From: a virus
Length of the DNA: 64,000 bases
Virus record (IMG/VR): IMGVR_UViG_3300034198_024209
Coordinates: 1-64,000 of that record
Direction: 5' to 3' (one strand)
The position numbers and the translations under genes were made by a program. Positions 62,401 to 64,000 of the stretch are shown piece by piece. Within the stretch, counting starts at the first letter, position 1; the number at the start of each line of letters is the position of its first letter. The notes beneath the pieces are model-generated. The model was not told the DNA's origin, searched no databases, and worked only from the letters and a program-made list of their open reading frames with translations.

Positions 62401-64000
62401 ATAATGAACACTGATAGTAAGTTTGATGGATATTCGCTTTTGTCTAGTAATTCAAGGAACTTAGGGGTAAATTTTGAAAATAACAATTTTTATGATTTTT
62501 GTGACGGTTTTACTGTAGACTTTTGGTTTAAATTTTTAGGTTACGACACGTCTGTAGATTCTTGGTATAACACTAACTCACATCTAATTCGTTTTAGTAG
62601 CTCTTATTATAAGTTTGGAGAATGGAGCGTTTATTTGAGTGAGGAGTCCAACAATGTTTACTTGAACGTATCTGGTCCAGATAATTTTATATTAAATGAT
62701 AAAAATAAACTAATACAACTCAACCAATGGAATCATTTTGCTTGGTCATATGACCCAAAAACATTTAATCATATAATATTTTTAAATGGAATAATTTATA
62801 AAACAGGAATTAAACCAATTTATGTAACTGACTCTACTGTTACAAAATATTTTAGAATATGCTCTAGGCCCAACTGGTCTTACCACGTTTTCAATGGTTA
62901 TGTAGATGAACTTTATTTTACCTCAAAAATAAGATATACTCAGGACTTTAATTTACCGACCTCCCCGTATAATAGCTCAAAGCCAGACTCACTTGTGTTA
63001 GATATATCTAAAGACAGTCTAATAAGGGGGGGCAATTATACATCTTCCAGTGACGATCTAGAAATAAACAATAGAACAAATTTGTATTCATCTCGCTCGA
63101 CAAGAGATAATAAATTTGGACTCAGGCTAGTTAAGAGTAATTGGAACCCCGTAAACGGGCAAATAGGAAGACTATTTATAAATCAAATAACACAAATAGA
63201 TAAAAATGCAGCAGTTGTTTATTTAAATGGAGCCTCTAATGAATCTCTATCTAGTAATGATTTATTGCAAGTAAGCGTAGACAATGGAATTACTTGGACT
63301 AATACTTCAACCAACAATCTTTTTTCTGGGTGGGAAATAAATAACAATCAATATGAAACAACATCTACTTATGAAGCAACTTATGGGCTTTTAATAACTA
63401 TACAGCACAATAAAACTAATTTTATTTTACTTAGAGCATTAAAATTTTCTCACACACAAAATCAGACATCTAATGTTATTGTTTTTGACAACTTTGTTCA
63501 GGCCCCAGATATATCTTCTATAATTGCTTTGTCATATAAGACTACAATAATAAGAATTAATTATTCATACACCGAATCATCTAATACATTGAAATATCAA
63601 TACTCAATAAATAATACAAGTGATTTTGTTGACGTAAGTAATGTAAACACATTTTCAAGCTATTTGGTAGTCCAGGACACGCAAATTGACAGAACACTTT
63701 TTATTAAAATAAGGGCAATCGATCAAAACAACATTCCATCGTTTTCATCAAATTCAAAATTAATTGAATTCAACTTATATCAACCAGTAATATTAGCTGC
63801 ATCTCTCTCTGCTGACATAAATAAGCCGATAACAAATAATTTACCGCTTGCCGTTTTATATACAATTGATTTTGGTCCATTAGAGCCATCATCTTTTCAG
63901 TACTATTTTGGCGAGCAAGACAATACAAGCTCATGGAGTGATGTTGCATCTAGCTCTGTTTTGATAAGCTCAAATGTGGCATCAATTAATTTATCTGTAT
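56461..64000 (+). CDS. Giant multidomain adhesin/fibre protein (RCC1 repeats, LamG, FN3-like, FGE-sulfatase/C-lectin); 3' truncated
   Basis: Absent from the ORF track; frame spot-checked open from ATG 56461 to the end. ISAGFSHCLALKSDGTVVAWGDNTYGQC, YTIELWFY, ISWFDAIKFCN, YRLP.E.EW, YDMSGN..EW. Confidence 0.8.
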   Translation, partial: MDIACLENTSLLIGKTDRILYSFGFSPTICSDPDLVIQVSCGRDHSLVLKEDGLVDAWGNIYSLTENTMHRPPAGLRGIKYISAGEKHGLAVESIHNSVIAWGSNEYGQSNVPESIAGIEYLNEPVAKVGAGYSYSLALMESGTILAWGDIVGQPPSSLSTKTVVDISTKGKHSLALIDDGTVIGWGQITNLDASSVIHTDAGSIIPVGLNNVTKISAGFSHCLALKSDGTVVAWGDNTYGQCNVPSGLNNVYSICAGYKHSLVIKNDGSIVGWGDNTYNQCSWSQLSHVQSGAIQPKVEAYGQTSYVLTRGGDLYFCGTSGSINSTSTLVDSNVQDFRVFDSSDVTFSSNVYTPPSVGLYLNSNNSSNLDNFFIGSLGNGYAVSYTIELWFYPIGNQNGKTLLADTFANNQCSFALAWFNNEGTGAGSGFKFGFYGRKRIYVGCTLNYYTSYQWYTQSAGAPWLNTWNHVLISLETEQIASGGTIGGKTNLGGYKYNTRAYLNGVHQSSEEHYVLVPSCGAGSTISAYTYSAEGGIPLSNSIKIGRRWDNNSTQYKFNGYVRNCQIKHGEKKLKNETFTPTPVNTVLTPIQNDLSMQFTSNNAGELYSYFSQGSYFYDFTPVGDGCAVYKKIDGTTNWHGSGTDNRRPSFESVPNRMPMLQYGFEIDSTGKLKQASGDLALHGGNFYYLNNLLNSPVEDVISISSSSRIHSFYDGNTNCHLIILTKFGIVSFAPFSQYSTVSNKVSVAKWMRDLRTVSDWLYDSSPNNTPFYYNPQLRSLELNTSTNPPSPNRLYANQNISVKVVNTGVGDSSNDSYTVINDKDYIPPLNSYFCYCKGLPNLLYVSQSDCQIRGNTYEAANFDIYINLNNFLIDPSLRLLRPARLRINKYSYFFHQLGYANVFIPDTLNNVVDENQFLLSISGLPKNNAVLDNGVNLKLNVDYNGKKNLPKIPGEYIVTITTYDFNVHCIRSFCIYVGEPGIALNGNKEITGQNIVPSNNRANAFLKYCRLKDKVSEISSGDTSFFHDDEILSIDEEIPLKIIQQSLIFRKPILFKNNCIYVSSGYQEYYYLDVNGLTSTICADNVTGTYKYGSDNFPQRSRMVFFDPSVEIKYRDFRISYKQTYLYPSAPSFNSLFFWSSTLDPRTDQSTYSLTESNGSIGIINSQPRYFANDINLYNVETKIPFITPFQAPHFTDKSGTASSCIYREIYRNGSKIEIKDGPTPNPDGSYGWAIIEDYIYISRYIGLIFSDDVYNTGETTDSIISDISLSVGNETIDYSKPFKPILLSNSNVESNSFRAMWKRSAEMTSALMDISTDLNFSNILRQDVVCTGSTQYSFPDSGSNRYFDLNNNGITDVSKAIRENTNYYYRIKHKKNEIVGDYSATQLVSTLFEKIKVNIVNYFIGSQEQNIPVPGESNSGFPFSSIYKNSGQTYLYKIDFASDGQTYVNNIDRTGNNSSDAITIKIYIKGAQYFLFSYVINRYGQLIDSPQGFLSESTSILASNKNITVKEYTFSPDIRDLNLEIRAYPINSLTDFVYVDTFSGVNFLGFNSVLPFFIANKEVTVNEWEQVRLYAEERDWGYDLPAASNYSSVHEPMSNISWFDAIKFCNAKSEMNWLSPVYLNLDDTVYKNGQSVLPQIKWSNSGYRLPLEIEWDYAARGGAFSGSYLYSGSNLPNSVSVNSSNSGNAKNEVATLAPNEIAVYDMSGNISEWVLDNYSPADPVPTSQQNPDYLSTVLLLHFNDESPPLTLGLYEPINSDGGQSRFLATAYTFPSYIGFKLGPGVRIRNCKILLNGPNIEKTFGLNHGWDLIKYFTFTHNINTTAEGIGTEGGSPGFPWSNDVCGFYLDISPSEIASSTSITIDYEYTSSWASKQGIAFWNNVSTPTGFNGDISSDWIGTWDNQTYARLSSNINRNTIINQSSRDGSIHRRRTIIQKTAGQYHFITESSAISFPTINDSSLLGLSPLNYSNSSPSSPVIMNTDSKFDGYSLLSSNSRNLGVNFENNNFYDFCDGFTVDFWFKFLGYDTSVDSWYNTNSHLIRFSSSYYKFGEWSVYLSEESNNVYLNVSGPDNFILNDKNKLIQLNQWNHFAWSYDPKTFNHIIFLNGIIYKTGIKPIYVTDSTVTKYFRICSRPNWSYHVFNGYVDELYFTSKIRYTQDFNLPTSPYNSSKPDSLVLDISKDSLIRGGNYTSSSDDLEINNRTNLYSSRSTRDNKFGLRLVKSNWNPVNGQIGRLFINQITQIDKNAAVVYLNGASNESLSSNDLLQVSVDNGITWTNTSTNNLFSGWEINNNQYETTSTYEATYGLLITIQHNKTNFILLRALKFSHTQNQTSNVIVFDNFVQAPDISSIIALSYKTTIIRINYSYTESSNTLKYQYSINNTSDFVDVSNVNTFSSYLVVQDTQIDRTLFIKIRAIDQNNIPSFSSNSKLIEFNLYQPVILAASLSADINKPITNNLPLAVLYTIDFGPLEPSSFQYYFGEQDNTSSWSDVASSSVLISSNVASINLSV

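Overview
AT-rich segment of a large (probably jumbo) tailed phage genome, with all convincing genes on the + strand. In order: (1) a replication module with helicase C-terminus, primase, a split DnaE-type polymerase, a probable SSB, RecA/UvsX and a RuvC-like resolvase; (2) an accessory region with an AT-hook protein, a Ubl-E2-E1-JAB ubiquitin-like conjugation cluster, degenerate phosphatase and macro domains, and a metallophosphoesterase; (3) nucleotide-metabolism and modification genes (2OG-Fe oxygenase, SET protein, RNase H, NrdB/NrdA, ThyX, MazG) and three tRNAs; (4) a mosaic tail-fibre/adhesin cluster ending in a >2,500-codon ORF that runs off the window. The most unusual feature is a GC-rich 1.2 kb non-coding insert between primase and dnaE (1701-2890). 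It is a tandem array of three sequence-divergent units with one shared structure: a terminal inverted repeat with opposed Gs, GGCTTT, two short hairpins, then 2-3 long hairpins. This resembles retron msr-msd RNA, but no reverse transcriptase was recognised in the window. All calls come from reading the sequence by eye; no searches or folding programs were run.
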